DNA of 64,000 nucleotides from Candidatus Forterrea multitransposorum CG_2015-17_Forterrea_25_41 (GTDB taxonomy: Archaea > Iainarchaeota > Iainarchaeia > Iainarchaeales > CSSED10-239), in assembly GCA_009392915.1 (NCBI GenBank), contig CP045477.1, positions 416,001-480,000 on the forward strand. Reading direction: 5' to 3'. Position numbers and translations under genes: made by a program. Below the pieces are notes generated by a model that worked only from the letters and a program-made list of their open reading frames with translations, was not told where the DNA came from and did not search any database. Positions 8,806 to 17,752 of the stretch are shown here, in pieces (position 1 is the stretch's first letter; every line of letters starts with the position of its first letter).

Positions 8806-9147
8806 TTAAACATTTACCCAAATAACACAACCTTTCTTATGAACGTAAGGTTTTGGAGAAGAATATCTTTTGATATCAGACAATACCCAAGCATGAGGAT
8901 TATTATATTTTAAATCTAAAACATCTTCTTTCTTTATTTGATGCTTTTCTAAGTTTTTAAATAAAATATCTTTGTTAATTTTTATTGAATCTTTAATAGT
9001 ACATTCACCATATACTTTTTTGCTGCCACTCATAATAAGAGCAATTCTTTCACCAATCTTTGAAGTATTAAAGTTTCTTATCTCCCAAGTCTTTTTTCCT
9101 TCTAAGATTAAATTTAACCATTTTTCTTTAATTATAAGGCCTTTCAT
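8806..9147 (-). CDS. ASCH domain (PUA-like) protein.
   Basis: 113 aa. KEKWLNLILEGKKTWEIR ... GERIALIMSG ... GECTIKD matches the ASCH pattern (K..w...i.sG.KtvE.R...gd.i.l......vvg.a.i). Confidence 0.6.
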   Translation of the reverse strand: MKGLIIKEKWLNLILEGKKTWEIRNFNTSKIGERIALIMSGSKKVYGECTIKDSIKINKDILFKNLEKHQIKKEDVLDLKYNNPHAWVLSDIKRYSSPKPYVHKKGCVIWVNV

Positions 9148-9244
9148 AAAAGATATCTATATTTCAAAAGGCTTTTAAACTCTTTTATGTAGTAATTAAA
9201 CTATTTATTAAAAAACAAAAATATATCTTAATTAAGATGATAAA

Positions 9245-10603
9245 TTATTTATCAATAACTTTCCAATATCCTGCTTTGTCTGAACCTATTCTTTTTATCT
9301 TCTTTTGCTCTTTTAATATTTTTAAATATCTTTCAATAGTCTTTGTACTTAAATTAAATTCTGTTGCCATTTGAGCATAAGTAACTTTATTATTAGCTTT
9401 AATTAATTTTAATATTTTTACACCGACATTTACACCGACATTTACACCGACATTTACACCGACATTTACAGTGTCTTTTACAGGTGCATTTACACCGACA
9501 TTCATAGTAGATTCTATTATTTTTTGTCTTTTAAAAACAATACAAAACCAATCAGTATCTATATTAAACTTAACACTTGGAAAAAGTTTTTTTATTCTTT
9601 TAATACCAGAACCAATCTTTTCAATAAACTCTGTTCTTTGTAAACAACCTGCTAAAATAGGATTTCTTAATATACTTACTTTTCCAAAATCTTTTGGACT
9701 AAAAAGAAGTTTTCCTGGATTTAATATTTCAACTCTATCTTCATACACTTCTACCAATATTCTTCCTTGAACAAAATAATCTCTATGAATCATGGCATTT
9801 AGTACTGCTTCCCTTAAAGCAGCCTCTGGTATTTCAGGGGTTTCAACTCTTCTTAAATTAATAATATCAGCCCGTGTTTTTGTATTTCTTAGGATAAATA
9901 ACACAGCATTTTCAAAATTTGATAAAAAGTCAGATTCAAATACTTTTTTATCAAGCATAACAGCCTTAGTATCTCCTTGGTATAAAACACAACTAATATC
10001 TGCATTTAAAAAGAATTTAGTAATTCTTTTTGAAAATAATAATGCACAGGCATTATTTGGAATATCATTTGTTAAAAGATTTAAATTTTTTAAAATATGC
10101 TCTTTTGATAGAGTTGTTGAAAATTTTGCTTTTTTTCTATATTTAAGAAATTTAGTATTATCTATATCTTTAAAATTAAATGAAGAAGTTTGTTTTTCAA
10201 AAGAAATTTTATTTTCGTTTTGTAAAAAATCAATAATTTCATTTCTATCTAGCTTTTGAGAGTTAGCACCTTGCCTTACATAAAAAGAACCACCTACTAA
10301 ATATGGTTTATCTTTTCCTAAAGGAACATATATTATACCAATATTATCTATGATTTCAAAATTAACAACTAAAGAGGGATCTATGTTTCTTGCAATTGTT
10401 TGTACTTCAGAGGAAAATCTATTGTTTATAGAAATACCTTTTATTTCTCCTTTATCTGTAACTCCTAAAAGAATTTTACCTCCATCTGAGTTTGCAAAAG
10501 CACAAATTGATTTTCCAATTTCTTTATGGTTTAAACTTTCTTTAAACTCAAGAGTATATCCTTCTCCTGTTTTTATAAGATTAAGTAAGTTCTTTTTATC
10601 CAT
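9245..10603 (-). CDS. AlbA_2 (Schlafen-like, formerly divergent AAA) + HATPase_c_4 + C-terminal wHTH putative transcriptional regulator.
   Basis: N-terminal LLNLIKTGEGYTLEFKESL...ICAFANSDGGKILLGV, a mid EAVLNAMIHRDY motif, and a C-terminal wHTH (TIERYLKILKEQKKIKRIG). Confidence 0.7.
   Translation of the reverse strand: MDKKNLLNLIKTGEGYTLEFKESLNHKEIGKSICAFANSDGGKILLGVTDKGEIKGISINNRFSSEVQTIARNIDPSLVVNFEIIDNIGIIYVPLGKDKPYLVGGSFYVRQGANSQKLDRNEIIDFLQNENKISFEKQTSSFNFKDIDNTKFLKYRKKAKFSTTLSKEHILKNLNLLTNDIPNNACALLFSKRITKFFLNADISCVLYQGDTKAVMLDKKVFESDFLSNFENAVLFILRNTKTRADIINLRRVETPEIPEAALREAVLNAMIHRDYFVQGRILVEVYEDRVEILNPGKLLFSPKDFGKVSILRNPILAGCLQRTEFIEKIGSGIKRIKKLFPSVKFNIDTDWFCIVFKRQKIIESTMNVGVNAPVKDTVNVGVNVGVNVGVNVGVKILKLIKANNKVTYAQMATEFNLSTKTIERYLKILKEQKKIKRIGSDKAGYWKVIDK
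9421..9504. repeat. 12-bp tandem repeat (CACCGACATTTA): four perfect plus three degenerate copies, in frame inside the regulator CDS (encodes the (VNVG)n linker).
   Basis: Read directly in the sequence: caccgacattta x4, followed by cagtgtctttta, caggtgcattta and caccgacattca. Confidence 0.85.
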
Positions 10604-10937
10604 TTATATCATTCTTTTTAAAATTATACTTTTCTTTTAATTATTAAAAATTATGTTTTTTTGGAAGGTAATCTCTTTTATAATATATATTAGGACCTTT
10701 AAACTACATATATATTTTGAAAGGGAGAGGCCTCGTGGCCGAGAAAAGAGCTTTATAATTAAAAGTTACTAAAATGCGCAAAATAAAATTAAAAAAAGAA
10801 TATATTTAACAAAAAAAAGTAAAATTATTTTATTTAAATAAAACATAAAGTAAAATATGTTTAAATATGTTTTGCAAAGAAGATATATATTATATATAAA
10901 AGAATATATAACAAAAATTAAAAAAATATGAAAACTT

Positions 10938-13307
10938 ATGGCCTTAGAAAACTGGAACAAAGATTTAGAAAAAGAAATCATTGAATTTGAAATTAAAAAT
11001 AAACTATTTAAGTTTAGAGAAGCAGAAGAAAAAGAAGTCTTTAGTATAGACACACCTCCTCCATACTTAAACAGACCAATACATATAGGACAAGCAACAA
11101 CTTATGCAATCATGGACATGATTGCAAGATATAGAAGAAAGAAAAACTATAATGTTATTTTTCCTCTAGGACTTGACAGAAACGGACTTCCAATAGAGAT
11201 GGAAGCTGAAAAAAAATATAACATGAATATTTTAACAACTCCAAGAGAAGAATATGTTGATAAATGTAGAGAAATTTTAATTGAATACTCTGGAGAAACA
11301 CAAAGTAGTTTTAGAAAAATAGGAATAAGCTTTAATTCCTATGAAGTAAATGAAGAAATAGGTTCAGTATATGAAACAGATTCTCCAAAATACAGACAAC
11401 TAACACAAAAAACATTTTTATCACTTTATAAAAAAGGACTAATCTATGAAGATGAAAAAGTTGTAAACTATTGTCCAGGCTGTAAGACAACAATTGCAGA
11501 TTCTGAAATTGATTATAAAGAAACAGAATCTTCATTTAATACAATTCTTTTCACAGTTAAAGAGACTGGAGAAAAAATACCAATAGCAACCACAAGACCA
11601 GAACTTATGTGCAGTATTGGTATGGTTATCTTTAACCCAGAAGATGAAAGATGGAAAAACTTAGATGGAAAAACAGCAGTAACTCCTTTATTTAACCTAG
11701 AAGTTCCAATAAAAGCACACACTCTTGCAAAACAAGACAAAGGAACTGGACTTGTTATGATGTGTTCTGCAGGTGATTATTCAGATATTAGATTTTTTAG
11801 AGAACATGGTATTAAACCAATAATCTCAATTAACATAGACGGAACAATGAACAGTAATGCTAAAGAGTTTGAAGGATTAAGAGTTAAGAAAGCAAGAGCA
11901 CAAATAATTGAAACTTTAAAAGAAAAAGGCCTTGTAACTGAAGAAAAGAAAATACAACATAAGGTTCCTATCTGTGAAAGAAGTAAAGATGAAGTTGAGT
12001 TTATTGCTCAAAGTGAATATTATTTAAAACAACTTGATTTTTTAGAAGATGTTAAAAAAATAGGAAATTCAATGAATTTTACAAATCCTGCAAGTAAAAA
12101 AATATTTGATGATTGGCTTAACACAGTTTCAACTGATTGGCCAATTTCAAGAAGAAGATATTATGCAACTGAAGTTCCTTTATGGTATTGTAAAGACTGT
12201 GGAGAAGTTATCTTAGGATCTGAAGATAAATATCAACAACCATGGAAAGAACTTCCAGAAACAAAAACTTGTCCTAAATGTTCTTCTGAGAACATAGAAG
12301 GAGATAAAAGAGTTTTAGATACTTGGTTTGATTCTTCAAACACTCCTCTTTATATACATCATTTTGGAAGTGATTTTTTTAATAAACATCCAGTATGTTC
12401 TCTAAGACCACAAGGTAAAGAGATTGTTAGAACCTGGCTTTATTATACAGTTTTAAAAGCTTATTTAATGAATGGTGGAGTTATCTTTAAAGATGTATAT
12501 ATCCATCAACATATCTTAGATGGAAAAGGATTTAAAATGTCAAAATCTAAAGGAAACATTATAGATCCTCAAAAAATCTTAGATAGTTATGGTGCTGAAA
12601 GTTTTAGATTATGGGCTGTAACTGAAGGTAATTTAGATCAAAAAGATTTTATGTGTTCTGAACAAAATATTAAAGCTGAACAAAAAACATTAAATAAACT
12701 TTGGAATGTTTCAAAGTTTATAACTCAGTTTAAAAAGAATGATTCTGTTGACACTAAGTTTACAGAACTTGATTTAACTTTAAGAAAAGAAATAAATGAG
12801 CTTGTAAAGCTTGCTGATAGAGATTATAATAGATATAATTTCCATATACCTATAGTTAAAGCAAAATATTTCTTAAACAATACTCTTTCTTCAAACTATT
12901 TAGAACTTGTTAAAAGTAGATGTTATAATGGAGAAGGAAAGTTTAAAGAGGAAGAAAAGAATGGTGCTATTGAGACTTTAAGATATGCTCTTGAGAAATT
13001 ACTATATATTCTTTATCCAGTAATACCTTTTACAACTAATATTATTGTTAAAGAAATATATGGAAAAGATATTAATGAAATTTATTTCCCTGAAGCTGAA
13101 GAAATTACAAGTAAGTTTACAATTGAAGATATTGAAACCTTAAACAACAGTATTTGGAAATATAAGAAAAATAATAATATTTCTCTAAAAGATTCTGTTG
13201 AAAAAGTTACTTTACCTTTAAAGTATGAGATTATAAAGGATGATATAAAGGTAACTCATAATATTATAAACCTAGAGTTTAAAGAAGGAGAAGAAATTAT
13301 TATTTAA
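10938..13307 (+). CDS. Class Ia aminoacyl-tRNA synthetase, most consistent with valyl-tRNA synthetase.
   Basis: 789 aa. PPPYLNRPIHIGQA (HIGH-region variant), KMSKSKGNIIDP at ~residue 533, DWPISRR, CP1-like insert with two C-x-x-C knuckles. HIGH-to-KMSKS spacing matches ValRS better than Leu/IleRS. Confidence 0.55.
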   Translation: MALENWNKDLEKEIIEFEIKNKLFKFREAEEKEVFSIDTPPPYLNRPIHIGQATTYAIMDMIARYRRKKNYNVIFPLGLDRNGLPIEMEAEKKYNMNILTTPREEYVDKCREILIEYSGETQSSFRKIGISFNSYEVNEEIGSVYETDSPKYRQLTQKTFLSLYKKGLIYEDEKVVNYCPGCKTTIADSEIDYKETESSFNTILFTVKETGEKIPIATTRPELMCSIGMVIFNPEDERWKNLDGKTAVTPLFNLEVPIKAHTLAKQDKGTGLVMMCSAGDYSDIRFFREHGIKPIISINIDGTMNSNAKEFEGLRVKKARAQIIETLKEKGLVTEEKKIQHKVPICERSKDEVEFIAQSEYYLKQLDFLEDVKKIGNSMNFTNPASKKIFDDWLNTVSTDWPISRRRYYATEVPLWYCKDCGEVILGSEDKYQQPWKELPETKTCPKCSSENIEGDKRVLDTWFDSSNTPLYIHHFGSDFFNKHPVCSLRPQGKEIVRTWLYYTVLKAYLMNGGVIFKDVYIHQHILDGKGFKMSKSKGNIIDPQKILDSYGAESFRLWAVTEGNLDQKDFMCSEQNIKAEQKTLNKLWNVSKFITQFKKNDSVDTKFTELDLTLRKEINELVKLADRDYNRYNFHIPIVKAKYFLNNTLSSNYLELVKSRCYNGEGKFKEEEKNGAIETLRYALEKLLYILYPVIPFTTNIIVKEIYGKDINEIYFPEAEEITSKFTIEDIETLNNSIWKYKKNNNISLKDSVEKVTLPLKYEIIKDDIKVTHNIINLEFKEGEEIII

Positions 13308-13393
13308 TTTCTTTTTTTATAAATTTTATATTTTACCCTGGAGAAACTACTTTTTTTAAATGTCCAGGGTAAAGAATAATTTTGTATTAAAAA

Positions 13394-14014
13394 CTATTTA
13401 TAGCTATTAAAAAGAAACTCTGCTTGCTTCCAATTTACAACATTCCAGAAAGCATCAACATACTCTGCTCTCTTGTTTTGATATTTAAGATAATATGCAT
13501 GCTCCCAAACATCTAAAGCTAAAATTGGTTTTAAGCCTAAAGAGATTGCAGAATCTTGATTTCTTGTCTGTATAATTTCAAGTTTTCCTTCCTTATTTAA
13601 AACAAGCCATACCCAACCAGAACCAAATAAAGTTAAAGCTTTTTCTTTAAATTTTTCTTTAAAGTTTTCAAAACTTTCAAAAGAAGTTACAATTTCTTTT
13701 TCTAAAGCTTCAAAAGGTGCTTTATTTGAGGTAGGAGATAAAATATCCCAAAAGAAATTATGATTGAAATATCCTCCACCATTGTTAATGATCGCTTGCT
13801 TTTTATCTTCTGGTAGAACAGATAAATCTTTTAATATATCAATAACTGACATGTTTTCAAGAGATGTACCTTCAATTGCTTTAATAAACTTATCATAGTA
13901 GGCTCTATGGTGTTTTGTATGATGAACACTCATTGTTTCTTTGTCTATAAATGGTTCTAAGGCATCATATTCATATGGAAGAGATGCAAATTGATTTATA
14001 TTGTTTTCACTCAT
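13394..14014 (-). CDS. sod: Fe/Mn superoxide dismutase.
   Basis: HHTKHHRAYYDKF and DVWEHAYYLKYQNKRAEYV signatures. Confidence 0.85.
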   Translation of the reverse strand: MSENNINQFASLPYEYDALEPFIDKETMSVHHTKHHRAYYDKFIKAIEGTSLENMSVIDILKDLSVLPEDKKQAIINNGGGYFNHNFFWDILSPTSNKAPFEALEKEIVTSFESFENFKEKFKEKALTLFGSGWVWLVLNKEGKLEIIQTRNQDSAISLGLKPILALDVWEHAYYLKYQNKRAEYVDAFWNVVNWKQAEFLFNSYK

Positions 14015-14153
14015 TTTAAAATCACACTCCTTTGGTTATAAGAATTTTTTTAAGTAAAAATATAAGAATAAGATTATATGAAATAACAATCATATATATA
14101 ATAATAGAGAAAAAGGTTTAAAAAGGGTAAGATTAAACCTTAAAACTTAACTT

Positions 14154-14945
14154 CTAAGAAATATTACCCCATTTAACTAAAGTTGCCTTTTCTATCTTTT
14201 TAAAAACTAATTCTTCCATTATAAGCCCAATAATAGCTATTAAAAATATACCAATTAAAACTTTATCAAAAGAAAAAGTCCATTGTGCAGTCCAAATAAA
14301 CTTTCCAAGTCCACCAAAAATTGAAATTAACATTTCAGCTCCAACTAAAGATCTCCAAGCAGAACCAAAACCTAATCTTATACCTGTCATAATTTCAGGA
14401 AGAGCACCAGGTAATATTACTTTTAAAATAATTTTAAATTTTGAAAGTCCAATATTTTTAGCAGCCAAAATCCAATTTGGATTAACATTTCTAACTCCAC
14501 TAATAGTACTATATATCATTTTCATAAAAGCAGAAATAAATATTACAATCCAGATAGTTTCTCTTGTAAATCCAAAAAATAAAATAATAAAAGGAATCCA
14601 TGCAAGTGAAGGAACTAAATATATGGCCCCTAAGAAAGGAGATATAATTTTTCTAAAAGTTTTATTAACTCCAATTAAGATACCTAATAATATAGAAGTA
14701 ATTAATGCAAGTATAAATGCAGGGATTGCATTTTTCATACTTATAAACAATAATCTAAATAATGTTCCATCTATTAATAATTTATAAAACTCCTTTAAAA
14801 CTAATAATGGAGACGGAAGCATCCAATGAGGTACCCATTGAAAAACATAGATTAATTGCCAAAGTACAATTAAAAATACAAATGGAATTGATCCAAGTAA
14901 TATATTTTTAATGTTTTTATTCTTTATATATCTCATATTGTGCAT
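14154..14945 (-). CDS. ABC transporter permease (NitT/TauT-type).
   Basis: Six TM helices. Sits in an operon with a substrate-binding protein and an ATPase. Confidence 0.7.
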   Translation of the reverse strand: MHNMRYIKNKNIKNILLGSIPFVFLIVLWQLIYVFQWVPHWMLPSPLLVLKEFYKLLIDGTLFRLLFISMKNAIPAFILALITSILLGILIGVNKTFRKIISPFLGAIYLVPSLAWIPFIILFFGFTRETIWIVIFISAFMKMIYSTISGVRNVNPNWILAAKNIGLSKFKIILKVILPGALPEIMTGIRLGFGSAWRSLVGAEMLISIFGGLGKFIWTAQWTFSFDKVLIGIFLIAIIGLIMEELVFKKIEKATLVKWGNIS

Positions 14946-15921
14946 TCTTTAATTTTTCTTCAAATCTTTTATCAAATAAATCATCAATAGTTAAATTAAC
15001 ATCTATTAAATTATTTTCTTGAGCATATATAGCATAATCTAAAAAATTATCTAAATCAACCCATAAATTAAATTTTAATAAAGATAAAGAGTTTATAACT
15101 TCTTCTTTAGAATAGGAAATTATATCTTTATTAACAGCATTAATATGCTTTTGTAAAAGATTATATGTTTCATCAGGATTTTCAACCATAAACCTATGAC
15201 TTTCAATATATCCATCAATAAATTTTTCAACAACTTCTGGATTACCTTCAAGATAATCAGTATTTACAACTAAAGAAGTATTTAAAAAATATCTTTTATC
15301 ATATCCTTTTTCCTCCCATTCTGGAAGAATAATTGCCCCTGATTTAAAAAATTCTTCTTTACCTTCAGCACCTTTCAATGCTGCAGAAATTATTTTTTTT
15401 TCAACTAAAGCAAGAGGGGTATATGCATTTTCAATATCAACATAAGTATATTGAATATCTAAATTATTTTCTTTTAAAATTCTATTAAGCACATAACCAC
15501 TAGTACTATCAACTCTTGTTGCAATAGAGGTATTATTTAAATCTTTTAAGGTTAAAATATCATTAGGTCTTACATAAGCCATACTTGGTGCTAGTGCCAT
15601 TGGAGCAATAAATTTAATATTTATTCCTTTTGAAATTGGATCTATAAAATTATTTGCACCACCAGTAACTAAATTTACTTGGTTACTTGATACTGCTTGA
15701 CGAGAATATTTAGTAGAACTAAAAGGAACATATTCTACAATAATTCCTTGTTTTTCAAATAAACCTAATTCTTTTCCAACAAATATAGGAGAATGACCAA
15801 AACTATCTTCACTATATCCAATAATTATGTCTGATTTTACTTTTGAATTATTATTAAAAATAAAAATTCCAATTATTATTAATATTATTATAATGGGTAT
15901 TACCCAAAATTTTAATTTCAT
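14917..15921 (-). CDS. ABC transporter substrate-binding protein (NitT/TauT SsuA/ThiY-like).
   Basis: N-terminal signal/TM anchor. Its position between the permease and the ATPase supports the call. Confidence 0.55.
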   Translation of the reverse strand: MKLKFWVIPIIIILIIIGIFIFNNNSKVKSDIIIGYSEDSFGHSPIFVGKELGLFEKQGIIVEYVPFSSTKYSRQAVSSNQVNLVTGGANNFIDPISKGINIKFIAPMALAPSMAYVRPNDILTLKDLNNTSIATRVDSTSGYVLNRILKENNLDIQYTYVDIENAYTPLALVEKKIISAALKGAEGKEEFFKSGAIILPEWEEKGYDKRYFLNTSLVVNTDYLEGNPEVVEKFIDGYIESHRFMVENPDETYNLLQKHINAVNKDIISYSKEEVINSLSLLKFNLWVDLDNFLDYAIYAQENNLIDVNLTIDDLFDKRFEEKLKNAQYEIYKE

Positions 15922-15937
15922 TTAATCTCAACTCCTT

Positions 15938-16768
15938 TTATAATTTAACATTTAATATTTTATTTTCCATATCATTACTAACAAAATCAGACTCTTTAGT
16001 TTTAATAAAATCCTCTTTCATTTCTTTTTCAATATCTTCTCTTAATTTAATGATTTCTAAACTATTAAGTTTTCTTGGTCTTTTATGCTTTAAGTTATAG
16101 ATTTTTTTAATCTTTGCAGGTCTTGGGGATAATAAATATATTCTATCTGCAAGATAAAGTGCTTCATTAATACTATGAGTTACAAAAATAACTGTTTTTT
16201 TTGTTTTAAGCCATATTTTTTCAATTTCTTCTCTTAAATGTTTTCTATATTGATTATCTAGAGCAGATAAAGGCTCATCCATTAATAATAATTTAGGATC
16301 TACAACTAAGGCTCTTGCAATTGATACTCTCTGTTGCATTCCTCCTGAAAGTTTATGAATATTCCACTCTTTAAAATAATCTAAACCAACTAAAGAAATA
16401 TATTTATTTACAGTTTTTTCTTTTTCTTTTTTACTAAGATTTGAATTTTCTAAAGCAAAAGAGATATTTTCAGAAACAGTTCTCCATGGAAAAAGAACAT
16501 AATTTTGAAAAACCATCATTCTTTCTGGAGAAGGAGCTATAATTTCTTTATCTAAAAATAAGATTTTTCCTTTAGTTTGTTTTAGAAAACCAGCTAAAAG
16601 ATAAAGTAAAATAGTTTTACCACAACCACTTGGACCTAAGATACAAATAAACTCTCCATCTTTAACAGAAAAAGAAATATCATCTATGATTTTAAATTCA
16701 GAATTATTTTCAAAAAAAGACATGGATACATTCTTTAAATCCAACATATATATTTTAGAAGAGAACAA
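15938..16768 (-). CDS. ABC transporter ATP-binding protein.
   Basis: Walker A GPSGCGKT, ABC signature LSGGMQQRVSIARAL, Walker B LLLMDEPLSALD. Confidence 0.85.
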   Translation of the reverse strand: MFSSKIYMLDLKNVSMSFFENNSEFKIIDDISFSVKDGEFICILGPSGCGKTILLYLLAGFLKQTKGKILFLDKEIIAPSPERMMVFQNYVLFPWRTVSENISFALENSNLSKKEKEKTVNKYISLVGLDYFKEWNIHKLSGGMQQRVSIARALVVDPKLLLMDEPLSALDNQYRKHLREEIEKIWLKTKKTVIFVTHSINEALYLADRIYLLSPRPAKIKKIYNLKHKRPRKLNSLEIIKLREDIEKEMKEDFIKTKESDFVSNDMENKILNVKL

Positions 16769-16824
16769 TTTTTAAATAATGATTATTTATGTTTAGAAAG
16801 AACCTTTATGTTTAAGTTTAAAAA

Positions 16825-17169
16825 TTATTTCTTTTTTAAGGACTTTTTAATAGATGTTATCCCATATTCTAAAGGGATGGTATCTAGATTTAAATGAACT
16901 CTATTAATCTCTAAGACTTCAAGAAACTCTCTATAGGAAAGACCAGCAATTTCTGAAGCTGCAGAAATGTTTACAAGATTATTTTTATAAGCTTCTATAC
17001 CCTTTGAAACCCTATACTCAGAAATATCTTTCTCAATTAAAGACCTGATATACTCTGATTCAGTAAGATTTTTCTCTTTTGCAATAGTATAAACAATACT
17101 TGATAAAGAATCTTTAAGTCTTAATGTTTTCACATTCATTTTATCTTTTTCATCTATTTTCTTAACCAC
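16825..17169 (-). CDS. UPF0175-family antitoxin-like protein with an extra N-terminal RHH-like segment.
   Basis: C-terminal EYRVSKGIEAYKNNLVNISAASEIAGLSYREFLEVLEINRVHL matches UPF0175 (LYKEGKISLGKAAELAGMS..EF..LL...GI). Confidence 0.55.
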   Translation of the reverse strand: MVKKIDEKDKMNVKTLRLKDSLSSIVYTIAKEKNLTESEYIRSLIEKDISEYRVSKGIEAYKNNLVNISAASEIAGLSYREFLEVLEINRVHLNLDTIPLEYGITSIKKSLKKK

Positions 17170-17184
17170 AATAAACCATCTCCT

Positions 17185-17697
17185 TTATTTTAAATAACTT
17201 TCAATATTTTTTAAATATTCTTTTGAAATTGATCTTTCAATTAACTTAATCTTTAAAAGAAAGTCTTTTTTAGATATTTTCTTTTCAAAGTATAAAAACA
17301 ACATAAATTCAATAATATTTGAAACTAGTATATTATTTTTTTTACAAAAATCATAAGGTCTTCCATTATCAATAAAAGATATATATCCTTTCTCTAAAGA
17401 TAAAGCAATACAGAATATTTCTCCAGAATTTTTTGAAACTTGACTTTCAAGCTCTTTTGAAACCTTTAAAGGATCTTTAATTATTATTATTTCTTTTTTT
17501 TTAAGTCTTCTATACTCTCTAACATCTAATGGTATAAAAACCTTATACTTAAAAGATTCAAAGAAAGTAAGTTCAGCTTCAACTTTTGAAGGAAATATAA
17601 TTTTAGAATAATATTCTAAAAATATATCTAAAAGATCTACTTTAACCAAATGTATCCAAAAGGAAGTATCTACTATAGCTATAGAGGCGTCTTTCAT
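17185..17697 (-). CDS. DUF3368 (COG2405) PIN-like toxin-like protein.
   Basis: IVDTSFWIHLVKVDLLDIFLEYYSKIIFPSKVEAEL and GEIFCIALSLEKGY...FIDNGRPYDF match the DUF3368 consensus. Confidence 0.55.
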   Translation of the reverse strand: MKDASIAIVDTSFWIHLVKVDLLDIFLEYYSKIIFPSKVEAELTFFESFKYKVFIPLDVREYRRLKKKEIIIIKDPLKVSKELESQVSKNSGEIFCIALSLEKGYISFIDNGRPYDFCKKNNILVSNIIEFMLFLYFEKKISKKDFLLKIKLIERSISKEYLKNIESYLK

Positions 17698-17752
17698 ATA
17701 TTATATATAGACCAAAAAGTATTTAAATGTATTACATAGTAATACGCATCAA

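Noticed and set aside
9471-10640. Plus-strand ORFs 9471-9770, 9792-10259 and 10350-10640.
   Set aside because: Antisense shadows of the AlbA_2/HATPase_c_4 regulator gene. No motifs.
10723-10755. GC-rich TGGCCGAG-containing motifs considered as split-tRNA halves (Nanoarchaeum-style) or tRNA-derived att remnants.
   Set aside because: They resemble only the D-arm of class II tRNAs. No T-arm (GGTTCGAATCC) or acceptor complement was found nearby, and no partner half is visible. They are kept only as a recurring motif finding.
10769-11740. Minus-strand ORFs 10769-11053, 11332-11535 and 11513-11740.
   Set aside because: They overlap the ValRS-like gene or its AT-rich leader. Phe/Leu/Ile-rich translations are typical of AT-rich noncoding frames.
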